The notes: generated from the sequence alone by a model not told the origin. A DNA stretch of 64,000 bases from Bacilli bacterium (GCA_024408335.1 JAKSVB010000002.1:90630-154629), one strand, 5' to 3'. Numbered from the stretch's first letter, positions 19,695 through 30,116 are shown. Made by a program: numbers and translations.

Positions 19695-22325
19695 ATGGCA
19701 AAGAAGAAGATTATCGAAACCGAAGTAATTAAAGAAAACATCATCACCGACACCCTTGATGAACTCATGGGCGTCAAATTTGCGATTTATGCAAAAGACG
19801 TCATTCAAGATCGTGCTATCCCTGATGCAAGAGACGGCTTAAAGCCAGTTCAACGCCGTATTGTTTTCGATATGTGGAATACCGGAAACACAATTGATAA
19901 ACCAACAAAGAAATGTGCCCACATCGTCGGTGACGTCATGGGTAATTACCACCCTCATGGCGACTCTTCAATCTATGAAGCTCTCGTCCACATGTCACAA
20001 ACATGGAGCTACCGTTATCCTCTTATCGATTTTCAAGGAAACAACGGTTCAATCGATGGCGATAGCGCTGCTGCGTACCGTTACACCGAAGCCCGTTTAG
20101 CGGCAATCGCCAATGAACTCGTCGCCGATATCGATAAAGAAACCGTCGATATGGAACTCACTTACGACGACAAACATGAGGAACCAATCGTTCTCCCATC
20201 TCTTTATCCAAACCTTTTCGTTAACGGCTCTGAGGGTATTGCTGTTGGTATTTCAACATCAATCCCACCTCATAACCTCCGTGAAGTCACTAACGCTGTC
20301 ATTTATAGAATCAAGCACCCAAACTGCGAAATCGAAGATCTCATGAAATTCGTTCCTGCTCCTGATTTCCCAACAGGCGGCATCATCTACAAGTCTGAAG
20401 GTCTTGAAGATATTTATAGAACAGGCCGTGGCAAGCTCATTATGAGTAGCAAATGCTCTATCGAGACCGATGAAGAAGGAACAAAGCAAATCATCATCAC
20501 CGAAATCCCATATCAAGTTAACAAATCGATGCTTGTCAAATCCATCGACAAGATTCGTCATGACAAAACAATCCCTGGTATCGTTGAAGTCAGAGACGAA
20601 ACTGATAAGCAAGGCTTAAGAATCGCCATCGACTTAAAGAACGAAAGCAATCCAGAAGCTATTTTGGCTTTCTTAATGAGCAAGACTCAACTTAAGACCT
20701 CTTTCAGCGCTCAAATGGTCGCAATCGTCGATGATAGTCCAAAGACACTTGACCTTATCACGTACTGCGATTGCTATATCCAACACCAACTCGATGTCAT
20801 TACCAGAAAGAGTCACTTCCTTTTAAACAAATACACAGCAAGACTATCGATCGTCGAAGGCTTAATCAAAGCCATCAGCGTTCTTGATAGAGTCGTCGAA
20901 ATCATTAAAGGCAGCAACGATAAAGCCGATTCCAAAATCAATATCGAAAAGGAATTCGGATTCACCGAGCCTCAAGCAGAAGCCATCGTCATGATGCCTT
21001 TATACAAACTCTCGCATACTGACATCAAGGTTTTGGAAGAAGAAAGAGTTAAACTCCAATCTGACATTGATTACCTTAATGGCATTCTTAATGACCAAAC
21101 CAAACGTGAGGCCGTCATTATTAGCACCCTTCAAGGCATCGCTAAGAAATATGGCGATAATCGTAAATCAGAAATCGTTGACGAAGAGAAGAACGTCGTC
21201 ATCGATAAGAGAGACCTCATCGCTAAAGAGACGATTAAGCTTGTCGTCACTCAAGACGGCTACATGAAACGTTCCTCAATCAAATCATGGAAGAGCTCAG
21301 GCGGACATAACGGCGTTAGAGCAGGTTTGAAAGCAGGGGACTCATTCATCTTTGATGGCGAATGTGAAACAACAGACACCCTCCTTGTTTTCACCGCAAA
21401 CGGTAACTACCTCTATATCCCAGTTAACGAAATCAAAGATAACAAATGGAATGATGAAGGCTTCCACGTCAATACGATGGTTAGCTTAGACGCTGACGAT
21501 AGACTCCATAGCGCATTCGCTATTAGAAATTTCAGAAGCGACCTCTACATTGTCCTTTTAACCAGAAACGGATCGATCAAGAGAATCAGACTCGACTCAT
21601 TCCCAGTCGTAAGAAGAAGCAAGCCAATCGCCGCAATCAAAATGAGCAAAGGCGATACCCTTGTCGGCGTCGCTTTAACTAGTGGCAATAGCAACCTCTT
21701 CGTCATCAGCGAAGAAGGAAGAGCTTCTTTCTATAACGAAAACGACATTTCCGTCTCTAATCCTAAGAGCGGTGGCGTCAAAGCCGGTTCCTTCTTAGGG
21801 AAACCTATGGCAGGACTTGTTGCCTTTGCGCCAAACGAAGAAGAGAAGAAGATCCTTTTCTTAACTAACCGCGCTCACACAAGAGTCTTCTCAATCACAA
21901 ATATCGAACTTGGAAAACGCGTTGGCAAATCAATCGAACTCTATAGCATGTTCAAAAAAGAGCCTCATAAGCTTATCAGCGTCATGAAGCTTAATGGACA
22001 AGAAGCCCCATATGAAATCGATACCGTCTTAGAAGATGGAACCGAATACAAAGCCAAATACGAAGACTTCTATTTGACTCCGATGGAGAAATACGCGAGA
22101 AAGCCTGATGACTTTGCCGCTAAAAACATCATCGCTAGAGTTAGCAAAGACAAATTCTATTCGCCTCTTGTCGATGACTCCATCGTTAGCTTTGCGCCTC
22201 CTGTAGTGGAAACCCCAGTGGAAGAGGTTGAGGAAAGCGAAAAGATCACCATCGAAAGCGCTGGATCATTTGAGCAGATTTCTCTCTTTGATGACCTTAT
22301 GGGTGAGGATGACAATAAGGAATAA
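19695..22325 (+). CDS. parC: type IIA topoisomerase subunit A; assigned as topoisomerase IV subunit A
   Basis: Active-site region AARYTEARL with catalytic Tyr. N-terminal [14 protein letters not shown] is ParC-like. There is no canonical GyrA box QRRGGKG; it reads KSSGGHNG instead. Confidence 0.7.
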   Translation: MAKKKIIETEVIKENIITDTLDELMGVKFAIYAKDVIQDRAIPDARDGLKPVQRRIVFDMWNTGNTIDKPTKKCAHIVGDVMGNYHPHGDSSIYEALVHMSQTWSYRYPLIDFQGNNGSIDGDSAAAYRYTEARLAAIANELVADIDKETVDMELTYDDKHEEPIVLPSLYPNLFVNGSEGIAVGISTSIPPHNLREVTNAVIYRIKHPNCEIEDLMKFVPAPDFPTGGIIYKSEGLEDIYRTGRGKLIMSSKCSIETDEEGTKQIIITEIPYQVNKSMLVKSIDKIRHDKTIPGIVEVRDETDKQGLRIAIDLKNESNPEAILAFLMSKTQLKTSFSAQMVAIVDDSPKTLDLITYCDCYIQHQLDVITRKSHFLLNKYTARLSIVEGLIKAISVLDRVVEIIKGSNDKADSKINIEKEFGFTEPQAEAIVMMPLYKLSHTDIKVLEEERVKLQSDIDYLNGILNDQTKREAVIISTLQGIAKKYGDNRKSEIVDEEKNVVIDKRDLIAKETIKLVVTQDGYMKRSSIKSWKSSGGHNGVRAGLKAGDSFIFDGECETTDTLLVFTANGNYLYIPVNEIKDNKWNDEGFHVNTMVSLDADDRLHSAFAIRNFRSDLYIVLLTRNGSIKRIRLDSFPVVRRSKPIAAIKMSKGDTLVGVALTSGNSNLFVISEEGRASFYNENDISVSNPKSGGVKAGSFLGKPMAGLVAFAPNEEEKKILFLTNRAHTRVFSITNIELGKRVGKSIELYSMFKKEPHKLISVMKLNGQEAPYEIDTVLEDGTEYKAKYEDFYLTPMEKYARKPDDFAAKNIIARVSKDKFYSPLVDDSIVSFAPPVVETPVEEVEESEKITIESAGSFEQISLFDDLMGEDDNKE

Positions 22326-22327
22326 CC

Positions 22328-22858
22328 ATGAATAAGAAGAAGATTTGGGTACCAACATATCAAGCTTCATCTATCTATGACATTCCTATGTCCTTTTTCC
22401 TTGAGAAAGGCATAACCACAGTCTTATCGGACTTAGATAACACATTAGACGCGTATAACGTCAAGGACCCTTCTCCTAGGGCCTTTGAGCTTGTCGCTAG
22501 ATTCAAAGAAGCTGGCATCGCCTTTTATATTGCGTCCAACAATACCTCGAAACGTGTTAAACGTTACGCCCAAAACCTTGGAATCAAGGCATTCTGTGGC
22601 TTAAAGAAACCTTTTAGTGGACCATTAAAGAAAACCATCGCTAGTGAAGGGTTTGACAAAGCAAAGACCGTTCTTATTGGCGATCAAGTCCTTACCGACG
22701 TCATCGCAGGTAATGGAGCGGGAATCTTAACCATTCTCACTAACCCTGTTTCAAAACTTGACGCCCCATGGACTAGAGTCAACCGCATCCTCGAAAAAGG
22801 AAAACGAAAGAGACTAAATAAAGAACCGTATAATTCTAAAGAGAGGGTCATTGTATGA
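22328..22858 (+). CDS. yqeG: YqeG-family HAD-IIIA phosphatase
   Basis: DxDxT (LSDLDNTL), GDQVLTDV motif, and position immediately before yqeH. Confidence 0.8.
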   Translation: MNKKKIWVPTYQASSIYDIPMSFFLEKGITTVLSDLDNTLDAYNVKDPSPRAFELVARFKEAGIAFYIASNNTSKRVKRYAQNLGIKAFCGLKKPFSGPLKKTIASEGFDKAKTVLIGDQVLTDVIAGNGAGILTILTNPVSKLDAPWTRVNRILEKGKRKRLNKEPYNSKERVIV

Positions 22859-24021
22859 GTTTAGTTACAGCAGTTCGCCGTTGTTACAGGTGTGGTAATG
22901 CTTTACAGGGTGAAAACCCTAATGAGAAAGGCTATTGTGAGCCTGCTCTTCTTGCTAATGATTCAAAATTCCAGATCATCCTTTGCAAGGAATGCTATGA
23001 AGAGCTTCATTACAACCAAAAGCCAGCCGGAGCAGAAGCACCAAGTGGTTTCGCTAAGATGCTCATCGACGCCAAAAGACAAAACGCCCTCATTGTCTAT
23101 CTTGTCGATTGCTTAAACTTCGAATGCTCATTCATCCCTGACGTTCTTGAAATGATTGATGAGCTTCCAGTCATCGTGGTCGGCTCAAAATTTGACTTAA
23201 TGCCTTCTGGCGCAAGCCAAGAACACGTCAAAGAATACATCGCTCACCGTTTTAGGGGAGAAGGATTCAAAAACGCGAAAGCAGAAGACGTAGTTCTTAT
23301 GGATTACACTAGCCACGCTGACGCTAGTAAAGCTAAAGAGCTCATCGAAGAGAAAAGAAAAGGCAAAAACGTCTTCGTTATCGGCGCAAAAGGAGCGGGA
23401 AAGAGTAATTTCATCACTAGTTTCTTACGTCAATACAAAAACCAATCATCGCATGGCGTCTCGATCTCCAATTACCCTGAGACCGATCTTGAAGTTTGGC
23501 AAATCCCGCTCGACGAGAATTCATGGATCTATGACACTCCTGGCACAGGAATCAAAAACATGATGATCGGCATCGAAGGTTTCCCAAAAGAAATCATGAT
23601 GACGACAAAAGTGGCTCCTCGAAAAGAAGAAATTGCAGAAAAAGGAAGCCTCTTTATTGGTCTTTTAGGAAGAATTGACCCTATTAGTATCAAGAACCCA
23701 AAGAAAAAAGTGACATTCACCTGTTACTTTGCTCCAAAAGTCGAACTCAAAAGCGTTTCGGCCAAAAAAGATATGAATTCCTTATGGAACAAATACCTTA
23801 AGAAGAAAGCGATGAAGCCAAAACTCATCTCAATCGCCTCTATAGCCGATATGGATGTCTTCGATATAACTTTAGTGGAAGATGGTCCAAGAGATATTGG
23901 CATCGCAGGTTTAGGCTGGGTTTCCTTTAACGGAATGACCGGCGACATTTACCGTGTCTACGTTCCAAAGAACATAGGCGCATACGCGTCACGCGCGAAA
24001 GTAATTAATAATAAGAAGTAG
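22855..24021 (+). CDS. yqeH: ribosome biogenesis GTPase YqeH (circularly permuted GTPase)
   Basis: N-terminal zinc finger CYRCG...C..C, permuted G-motif order (NKFD before GAKGAGKS), and a C-terminal domain. Confidence 0.85.
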   Translation: MSLVTAVRRCYRCGNALQGENPNEKGYCEPALLANDSKFQIILCKECYEELHYNQKPAGAEAPSGFAKMLIDAKRQNALIVYLVDCLNFECSFIPDVLEMIDELPVIVVGSKFDLMPSGASQEHVKEYIAHRFRGEGFKNAKAEDVVLMDYTSHADASKAKELIEEKRKGKNVFVIGAKGAGKSNFITSFLRQYKNQSSHGVSISNYPETDLEVWQIPLDENSWIYDTPGTGIKNMMIGIEGFPKEIMMTTKVAPRKEEIAEKGSLFIGLLGRIDPISIKNPKKKVTFTCYFAPKVELKSVSAKKDMNSLWNKYLKKKAMKPKLISIASIADMDVFDITLVEDGPRDIGIAGLGWVSFNGMTGDIYRVYVPKNIGAYASRAKVINNKK

Positions 24022-24029
24022 GTAAGAAT

Positions 24030-24323
24030 ATGTTAGCTCCAAAAAATCGTGCTTATCTCAAAGGATTAGCAAATACATTAAAACCATCACTCAACATCGG
24101 TAAGGGCGATATCAATGAAGGCGTCCTTGACGTCCTCGACAAAGCCTTAGAGGCCCATGAACTCGCAAAAGTCCGTCTTCTTGACACCGTTGGCTCAACC
24201 GCTGACGAAGTCGTCGAAGAACTTTGCAAAGGCGTAGGCGCTGAGTTTGTAGGTAAATGTGGTCACATCATCACCCTTTACCGCCCAAGCAAGAAGAATA
24301 AGAGAATTACCCTCCCTAGATAA
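24030..24323 (+). CDS. yhbY: CRM-domain RNA-binding protein YhbY/YqeI
   Basis: LKGLANTLKPSLNIGKGDI...KVRLL CRS1/YhbY signature, 97 aa. Confidence 0.85.
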   Translation: MLAPKNRAYLKGLANTLKPSLNIGKGDINEGVLDVLDKALEAHELAKVRLLDTVGSTADEVVEELCKGVGAEFVGKCGHIITLYRPSKKNKRITLPR

Positions 24324-25447
24324 TGAAAAAGCTTATAGTCTACGGTGGAAGCTTCGATCCGCCTCATAACGGTCATTTGGCAATCGCTAAAGCGGCAGCC
24401 AAGTCTTTTGGTTGCTCTTTATGCTTAATGCCTGCTAAACACGCTAGATGGAAAGACAATGAAGCATCGACCGAAGATAGACTTAAGATGGCATCTATTG
24501 CCGCGGATATCTTAAACAAAGATATGCCTGGCACCTTTTTCGTCTCTGATTATGAAATTAGACAAGAGGAAGAAGGGGAAACTCATTCAATCGATGCCGT
24601 TAGACACTTCGCGAAAGAATATGAGAAACTCTATTTTATTATCGGTGCTGACCAAGTTGCCCTCTTCGACAAATGGTATAAGCCTGATGAGATAGCATCG
24701 CTTGCTCAAATCGTCTACGTTTCTAGACCTGGTAATGAGATAAGTGACTCTAATGTCGCTAAATACCATATGATTAAGCTAGAAATGGAAGAATACCCTG
24801 TTTCTAGCACCCAAATAAGAAACCTTGAGTCGATTGATTACCCTGATGAGATTCGTCATTACGTCGAGGTGAAGAGACTCTACTTATTAAGTAAGTTTGG
24901 CAACTACCTTAAGCCAAAGAGATTAGAGCATTCCATATCTGTCGCTAACGTGGCTTTAAAGATTGCTATAAATAATCCTGAAGCAGCATTGCCGATCGAA
25001 GCGTATAGAGCAGGTCTTCTCCACGATTTAGGCAAATACGTTAATGATGAGGCTGCTATAGCAATGATTAAGGAGAATTTTGATGAGAAATACACCAAAT
25101 ATCCTTCTTGGGCGTATCACCAGTGGACTGGTGCGGTCATAGCAAAAGACGTATTTGGCGAAAAGAACCAAAAAGTCTTAGACGCAATTACTTATCACTG
25201 CACAGGCCGTCCCAAAATGGGGCCTTTAGAGCAAATCATTTATAGTTCAGATAAGATTGATCCATTGCGTGGATACGATTCGTCTGGATTCATCAAATCT
25301 TGCATAAATGATTACCATCAAGGTTTCATTGATGTCCTTGCCGCGAATAGAATCTATTTAGCGGAGAAAGATCTTCATCAAGATGATTCGAAAGATCTCA
25401 AAGACATGTGTTACGAATACTATTTAGACAAAGGAGAAAAAGAATAA
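24323..25447 (+). CDS. nadD: fusion: nicotinate-nucleotide adenylyltransferase NadD (N-terminal) + HD-domain YqeK bis(5'-nucleosyl)-tetraphosphatase (C-terminal)
   Basis: N-terminal GGSFDPPHNGHL (H/TxGH nucleotidyltransferase). The C-terminal half has HD-domain residues LEHS...LLHDLGKY...YHC in the YqeK pattern. One ORF of 374 aa. Confidence 0.8.
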   Translation: MKKLIVYGGSFDPPHNGHLAIAKAAAKSFGCSLCLMPAKHARWKDNEASTEDRLKMASIAADILNKDMPGTFFVSDYEIRQEEEGETHSIDAVRHFAKEYEKLYFIIGADQVALFDKWYKPDEIASLAQIVYVSRPGNEISDSNVAKYHMIKLEMEEYPVSSTQIRNLESIDYPDEIRHYVEVKRLYLLSKFGNYLKPKRLEHSISVANVALKIAINNPEAALPIEAYRAGLLHDLGKYVNDEAAIAMIKENFDEKYTKYPSWAYHQWTGAVIAKDVFGEKNQKVLDAITYHCTGRPKMGPLEQIIYSSDKIDPLRGYDSSGFIKSCINDYHQGFIDVLAANRIYLAEKDLHQDDSKDLKDMCYEYYLDKGEKE

Positions 25448-25776
25448 TGGAATATCCAAAATTAATACAAGAAACAATTGCCTTATTAGAAGAAAAGAAA
25501 GGCGAAGAGATTGTCGCGATTGACGTTAGAGAAAGAACTCCGTTCACAGATTTCTATATTCTTGTCACCGCGCCAAACATGAGAGCAGTAGGTGCTTACG
25601 CTGAATCTCTTGAAGAGTTCTTTGAAGGCAAAGTTGAAGACCTTAGAAAGATCGAAGGACAACCTGAATCCGGTTGGGTTCTAGTTGACGGAGGCGAAGT
25701 CGTCGTTCATATCTTCACCGAACAAAAGAGAAGAGAACTTAGCCTTGAGGACTTGTTCTTGAAGAGCTTAGCCTAA
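25447..25776 (+). CDS. rsfS: ribosome silencing factor RsfS (Iojap/YqeL)
   Basis: MEYPKLIQETIALLEEKKGEEIVAIDV...DFYILVTAPN...GWVLVDGGEVVVHIF. The start is taken at MEYPK; the track ORF starts at 25408, inside nadD. Confidence 0.85.
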   Translation: MEYPKLIQETIALLEEKKGEEIVAIDVRERTPFTDFYILVTAPNMRAVGAYAESLEEFFEGKVEDLRKIEGQPESGWVLVDGGEVVVHIFTEQKRRELSLEDLFLKSLA

Positions 25777-25798
25777 TTGATTCTCATAAATAAACAAT

Positions 25799-25828
25799 GG
25801 GTTCTAGATAAGGAACCCTTTTCTTTTT
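25799..25828 (+). terminator. rho-independent terminator after rsfS
   Basis: GGGTTCTAGATAAGGAACCC hairpin plus TTTTCTTTTT. Confidence 0.75.
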
Positions 25829-25960
25829 GCCTATCTATAACTGGCGGAAAGTGATAGCAGTGGACCACGAAATTCAAACTCAAAAACAAGAGCAAAAATA
25901 ACAGTCAATTAGTAGATTTGGTTTCTTTGGATTTTTGAGCGAACCTAAGAAATCAATATA

Positions 25961-25988
25961 ACTACGCATAATAGCCCTTATGTTAACC
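25961..25988. other. dif: candidate dif site (Xer chromosome-dimer resolution site): ACTACGCATAA-TAGCCC-TTATGTTAACC
   Basis: The right arm matches the XerD-arm consensus TTATGTTAAAT (E. coli) and TTATGTAAACT (B. subtilis) at 9/11. The left arm carries CGCATAA, as in GGTGCGCATAA. The central region is 6 bp. It lies in an AT-rich intergenic region about 145 bp 3' of a xer gene and exactly at the gene-orientation switch. Confidence 0.55.
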
Positions 25989-26131
25989 AAACAATAAAGA
26001 AATAGCGACAAATAGCCGTTTTCTAAATATTGTCTATTATTGTGTTCTTACTTTATCAACTGAAAATACTAGGTTATCAACACTATTTAGAAACTACTAA
26101 ATAACTACTAATCTATAATTGATTCCTGAAC

Positions 26132-27013
26132 CTATTTTCTAGAACTAAACTTGTCGTAAGCCGCCATGATTCTGTTCGTAGATAAATGTGTGTAGATTTG
26201 GGTTGTTGAGATTTTGCTATGTCCTAACATTTCCTGGACCGCTCTAAGATCTGCGCCGTTGTTTAATAAGTGAGTCGCAAAACAATGTCTTAATGTGTGA
26301 GGCGATATTGCATCATCGACTCCAGCGATTTCCGCGTATCTCTTTATCTGCTTAAAGAAATAAATTCTTGAGATTGGTTTGCCTTCTCTATTTAGGAATA
26401 TGTAATTGGATGAATGACCTTTGTTCTTTCTTCTTGTTCCATCAATATACTTTCTTAAATAATCCATTGAGAAACTGGAAACCGGAACGCTGCGTTGCTT
26501 ATTGCCTTTGCCGTATACTGTTATGACTCCTGATTCAAAATCAATGTTCTTAAACTGCAATGTGATGAGTTCAGAAACACGTAATCCGGTCGCATACATG
26601 ATTTCGAGCATCACTCTATCTCTTTGGCCGGTTTCCTTTTTCATATCTGGCGCCTCAAGAAGCAAATCGATGTCTTCAGTCGATAAAACAAATGGCAGTT
26701 TTTTGTCGCCTTTTGGTTTTTGGAGATTTGGAATATCGACATCGATGATTCCTTCGCCGACTAAAAACTGAAAATAGTTCTTTAGACAGCTATATCGCCT
26801 AAGGATTGTTGAGGCCGCTTTAAGATCTTCGCTCTCTTTTTGAATGAAGCCAGATATTTGTTCGACCATTAAGTCATCCGTTGTCTTGATGTCCTCAAAA
26901 ACCGAGAAAAAGAGTTTAAGATCTTCTCTATAGTTTTGGATTGTTATCCTCGAAACGCCTTTTTCAACTTGAAGATGCTGAAAATAAAGGGAAACAGAAT
27001 CATTTATTTCCAT
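26132..27013 (-). CDS. xerD: tyrosine site-specific recombinase, XerC/XerD-like
   Basis: N-terminal SAM-like core-binding domain. Catalytic R...HxxR...Y region is LRHCFATHLL...GHSKISTTQIYTH. 293 aa. Confidence 0.8.
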   Translation of the reverse strand: MEINDSVSLYFQHLQVEKGVSRITIQNYREDLKLFFSVFEDIKTTDDLMVEQISGFIQKESEDLKAASTILRRYSCLKNYFQFLVGEGIIDVDIPNLQKPKGDKKLPFVLSTEDIDLLLEAPDMKKETGQRDRVMLEIMYATGLRVSELITLQFKNIDFESGVITVYGKGNKQRSVPVSSFSMDYLRKYIDGTRRKNKGHSSNYIFLNREGKPISRIYFFKQIKRYAEIAGVDDAISPHTLRHCFATHLLNNGADLRAVQEMLGHSKISTTQIYTHLSTNRIMAAYDKFSSRK

Positions 27014-28187
27014 TTTTCTTTACCTCACTAGCCATAACCAAGAGTTTCTTGTTGGCTTTTCTGTTTAATGAATTGACGAGTAGCTTTGTTTCGTCTTCTT
27101 TTTCGTATGATTCATAGTTCCATAAAGACATCTGGACGTTCTTTTCTTTTAAAGGGACTAAGTTACCTGCTGTAACGCCGATAAGTCGAATTACGATACC
27201 TAAAAACGTGTTGTTATAGATTCTATTTGCTACTTTGATTATATCTTCCTCTTCAAATATAGGTTCATCCAAAGAAACGACCTTTGAGAATGACTTAAAG
27301 TGTTCATCTTTGATGTTCACGGTTATCGAACGAGCCTTTTTCTTTTCTCTAGCGATTCCTCTAGCGACTCTTGCACACAAATTATTGAGCATTTCGCGAA
27401 TTTCATCAGGATCATTCGTGTCAAATAGGAAGGTTTGGCTATGCCCTAAAGACTTTTGGTCAGGATATTCGGTAATGACTACGTCATCGCCGTTTCCTCG
27501 AATGTTATTTAGATACCAATCGTATGACTTCCCGAAATGTTTTCTCATTTCGTCTTCTTTTGTTTCGAGAATATTAACGAAATCGCCAATTGTCTTAACG
27601 CCTAATGTATCTAGGTAGGCTGCGCTTTTCTTTCCAACTCCAAAGAAATCGCCGATTTTCAAAGGATAGAGCATCTTTTTGATGTCTCTACGCCTAATTA
27701 CCGTGATGCCCATAGGTTTTTTCATATCGGAGCCCATCTTCGCTAAAAACTTTGTTGGAGCAACGCCTATGGAGCACTTGAGACCGAGCTCTTTATATAG
27801 ACCTTCCTGAAGTTCCTTGAGGCATTTTATAGGATCTTTCTCTTTTTGAAGGTATTTGGTCATATCGACAAACCCTTCATCGATGGATGCTTCCTCGATA
27901 AGCGATGAATAGTTTCTAAGATAACCGAAAAACGATCTAGAAAGGAGTTCGTAGTATTCAAAATCTGGAAATAAGTAAATTCCTTGAGGGCAAAGTCTTC
28001 TTGCTTCGCCAATAGGCATAGCCGAATGCACGCCGAAAGCTCTAGCTTCATAAGAACACGTTGATACAACGCCTCTAAGGCCTAAACCGCCTACAATGAC
28101 AGGCTTTCCTTGATATTCAGGGTTCTTGATTTGTTCTGCGGTCGCATAGAACGCATTCAAATCAATGTGCATGATGATTTTCGACAT
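27000..28187 (-). CDS. dinB: DNA polymerase IV (Y-family)
   Basis: N-terminal IMHIDLNAFYATAEQ...KPVIVGG, matching the UmuC/DinB palm. About 395 aa. Confidence 0.85.
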   Translation of the reverse strand: MSKIIMHIDLNAFYATAEQIKNPEYQGKPVIVGGLGLRGVVSTCSYEARAFGVHSAMPIGEARRLCPQGIYLFPDFEYYELLSRSFFGYLRNYSSLIEEASIDEGFVDMTKYLQKEKDPIKCLKELQEGLYKELGLKCSIGVAPTKFLAKMGSDMKKPMGITVIRRRDIKKMLYPLKIGDFFGVGKKSAAYLDTLGVKTIGDFVNILETKEDEMRKHFGKSYDWYLNNIRGNGDDVVITEYPDQKSLGHSQTFLFDTNDPDEIREMLNNLCARVARGIAREKKKARSITVNIKDEHFKSFSKVVSLDEPIFEEEDIIKVANRIYNNTFLGIVIRLIGVTAGNLVPLKEKNVQMSLWNYESYEKEDETKLLVNSLNRKANKKLLVMASEVKKNGNK

Positions 28188-28226
28188 GTCTATATTCTAA
28201 AAGATATGTTCCGTTATGTTAACAAA

Positions 28227-30080
28227 TTATAAGATTTCTTTTAAAACGGAATCGACGTCAACGCCGTATTCCTTTTCTTGTTCAGCAATCGTTGAATGTT
28301 GAACGAATGTGTTTGGTATGGCAAACGATTTGAATTCGCCTTTGAATCCGTTTTCTAAAAGCGATGACGCTACAGCTTCAGCAAAGCCGTTTTTGGTGCC
28401 ATAGGAATCGTAAACCGTCACTTTTTCGTAGCCTAAAAGGCTCTTAATATCTTTCTCATCAACTGGTAAGAGTCTTAAGGCTTTGATTAGCGAGCCTTTA
28501 TAGCCATTATCTTTAAGCGTCTTAAGTAATTCAGCGCCTTTAGGCCCAACAGCGATCACAGCCTCTTTTGAATCACCTTTTTCGAGCACATTCCAAGGCT
28601 TGATCTCAACTTCGTTATAGGAATCTTGTTTTGGCATTAAGGTATGTGGGTATCTAATTGCAACGATTCCACTGCCTTTTGTCATAGACATATCCATAAG
28701 AGATTTAAGTTCGTCAAACGTTGTAGGCATGTATAAATTGATGCCTGGGATGGATTTTAGGTAAGCCTCATCGTAAATACCCATATGGGTATCACCATCT
28801 TTGCCAACTAAACCGGCTCTATCGATGAGTAAGGTCAAATCCGATTTGTTTCTAGCGCAGTCATGGAGAAGCTCATCGTAGGCTCTTTGCAAGAAAGTTG
28901 AATAAAGACAAACGATTGGGTGATATCCAGCTGCAAATGTAGCGCCAGCCATCGTTAAAGCGTGTTCTTCAGCGATACCAACGTCGATACATCTATCTGG
29001 ATATGCCTCAAAAGCGCCTTCAAGATGACTGCCTTTGATCATCGCAGGACAAATAAGAACGCTGTCTTCGTGTTTGGCCATCTCTTCTTTAACGAAATCA
29101 CCAACGATATGTGGCCAGGAAACCGTTGTTGGGTGAACGTTCAAAGGTTCGCCTGTTTCTTTATTAAATGGTGTTGCGCCATGCCAATAACCTGTTTTGT
29201 CATTCTCTGCAGGAGCATAACCCTTTCCTTTTTGGGTTACGACGTGAAGAACAACGCTTTTGGTTGAGTTTTTGGCACGTTTAAAGGCTTTATCTAAGGC
29301 TTTGATATCGTGTCCGTTAAATGGACCCATATACGTGTAGCCTAAGCCATCGAATAAGGTTAACGGAACCAAAGTACGTTTGATTCTTTCTTTAACTGCT
29401 TTTGAGAAGCGGTAAATCGCTCTTCCTGGAGCATTCGAATAAAGAAGCTTACGGTATCCGTTTTTGAATTTGTTATATGACTTAGCGGTTGAGATGCCTC
29501 TAAAGAATTTGCCAACGCTGCCGACTGGTCTAGAGATAGACATATCGTTATCGTTAACGACGATGATGAACTTCTTGAAACGTCCGCCGATGTGGTTCAA
29601 GGCTTCGAATGACAAACCGTTAACTAAGGATGAGTCACCGATTAAGGCGACAATATAGATGTCTTCTTTTTTGAGATCACGGACATTGGCGAATCCTTCA
29701 GCGACAGATAATGATGTTGAAGAGTGTCCAGCGCCGAATGCGTCGTATTCAGATTCATCAGGTCTAATGAATCCGCTAGTTGAATCTTTTGCGTTAAGAT
29801 TCTCCAAACTCCTGCCTGTCAAAATCTTGTGAGCGTAGCATTGATGCGAGACGTCAAAGATGAGTTTGTCTTTTGGGAAATCGAAGTTTCTATGAAGCGC
29901 GACGGTGAGTTCAACGACTCCAAGATTCGAGCTTAAATGGCCTCCATGTTTGGAGACGACGTCAATGATTTCGTTTCGAATATCGTGACATAGAACTGCC
30001 AAAGACTTGTATCCTAACGTTTTGACAAAGGACGGTTCTTTGATAGCCTTTATGTCGACACGCTCTATCTTCTCTTTCAT
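28227..30080 (-). CDS. dxs: 1-deoxy-D-xylulose-5-phosphate synthase
   Basis: TPP-binding GHSSTS...GDG...N motif and transketolase-like domains, 617 aa. Confidence 0.9.
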   Translation of the reverse strand: MKEKIERVDIKAIKEPSFVKTLGYKSLAVLCHDIRNEIIDVVSKHGGHLSSNLGVVELTVALHRNFDFPKDKLIFDVSHQCYAHKILTGRSLENLNAKDSTSGFIRPDESEYDAFGAGHSSTSLSVAEGFANVRDLKKEDIYIVALIGDSSLVNGLSFEALNHIGGRFKKFIIVVNDNDMSISRPVGSVGKFFRGISTAKSYNKFKNGYRKLLYSNAPGRAIYRFSKAVKERIKRTLVPLTLFDGLGYTYMGPFNGHDIKALDKAFKRAKNSTKSVVLHVVTQKGKGYAPAENDKTGYWHGATPFNKETGEPLNVHPTTVSWPHIVGDFVKEEMAKHEDSVLICPAMIKGSHLEGAFEAYPDRCIDVGIAEEHALTMAGATFAAGYHPIVCLYSTFLQRAYDELLHDCARNKSDLTLLIDRAGLVGKDGDTHMGIYDEAYLKSIPGINLYMPTTFDELKSLMDMSMTKGSGIVAIRYPHTLMPKQDSYNEVEIKPWNVLEKGDSKEAVIAVGPKGAELLKTLKDNGYKGSLIKALRLLPVDEKDIKSLLGYEKVTVYDSYGTKNGFAEAVASSLLENGFKGEFKSFAIPNTFVQHSTIAEQEKEYGVDVDSVLKEIL

Positions 30081-30116
30081 ATTGTAAATACTTTAAAACT
30101 ACTAATTATCTACTTA

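Noticed and set aside
17761-22325. gyrB/gyrA instead of parE/parC
   Set aside because: The second protein has a ParC-like N-terminus (IQDRAIPD) and lacks a canonical GyrA box. Divergent placement next to plsY mirrors Bacillus yneS-parE-parC. Not fully excluded without phylogeny.
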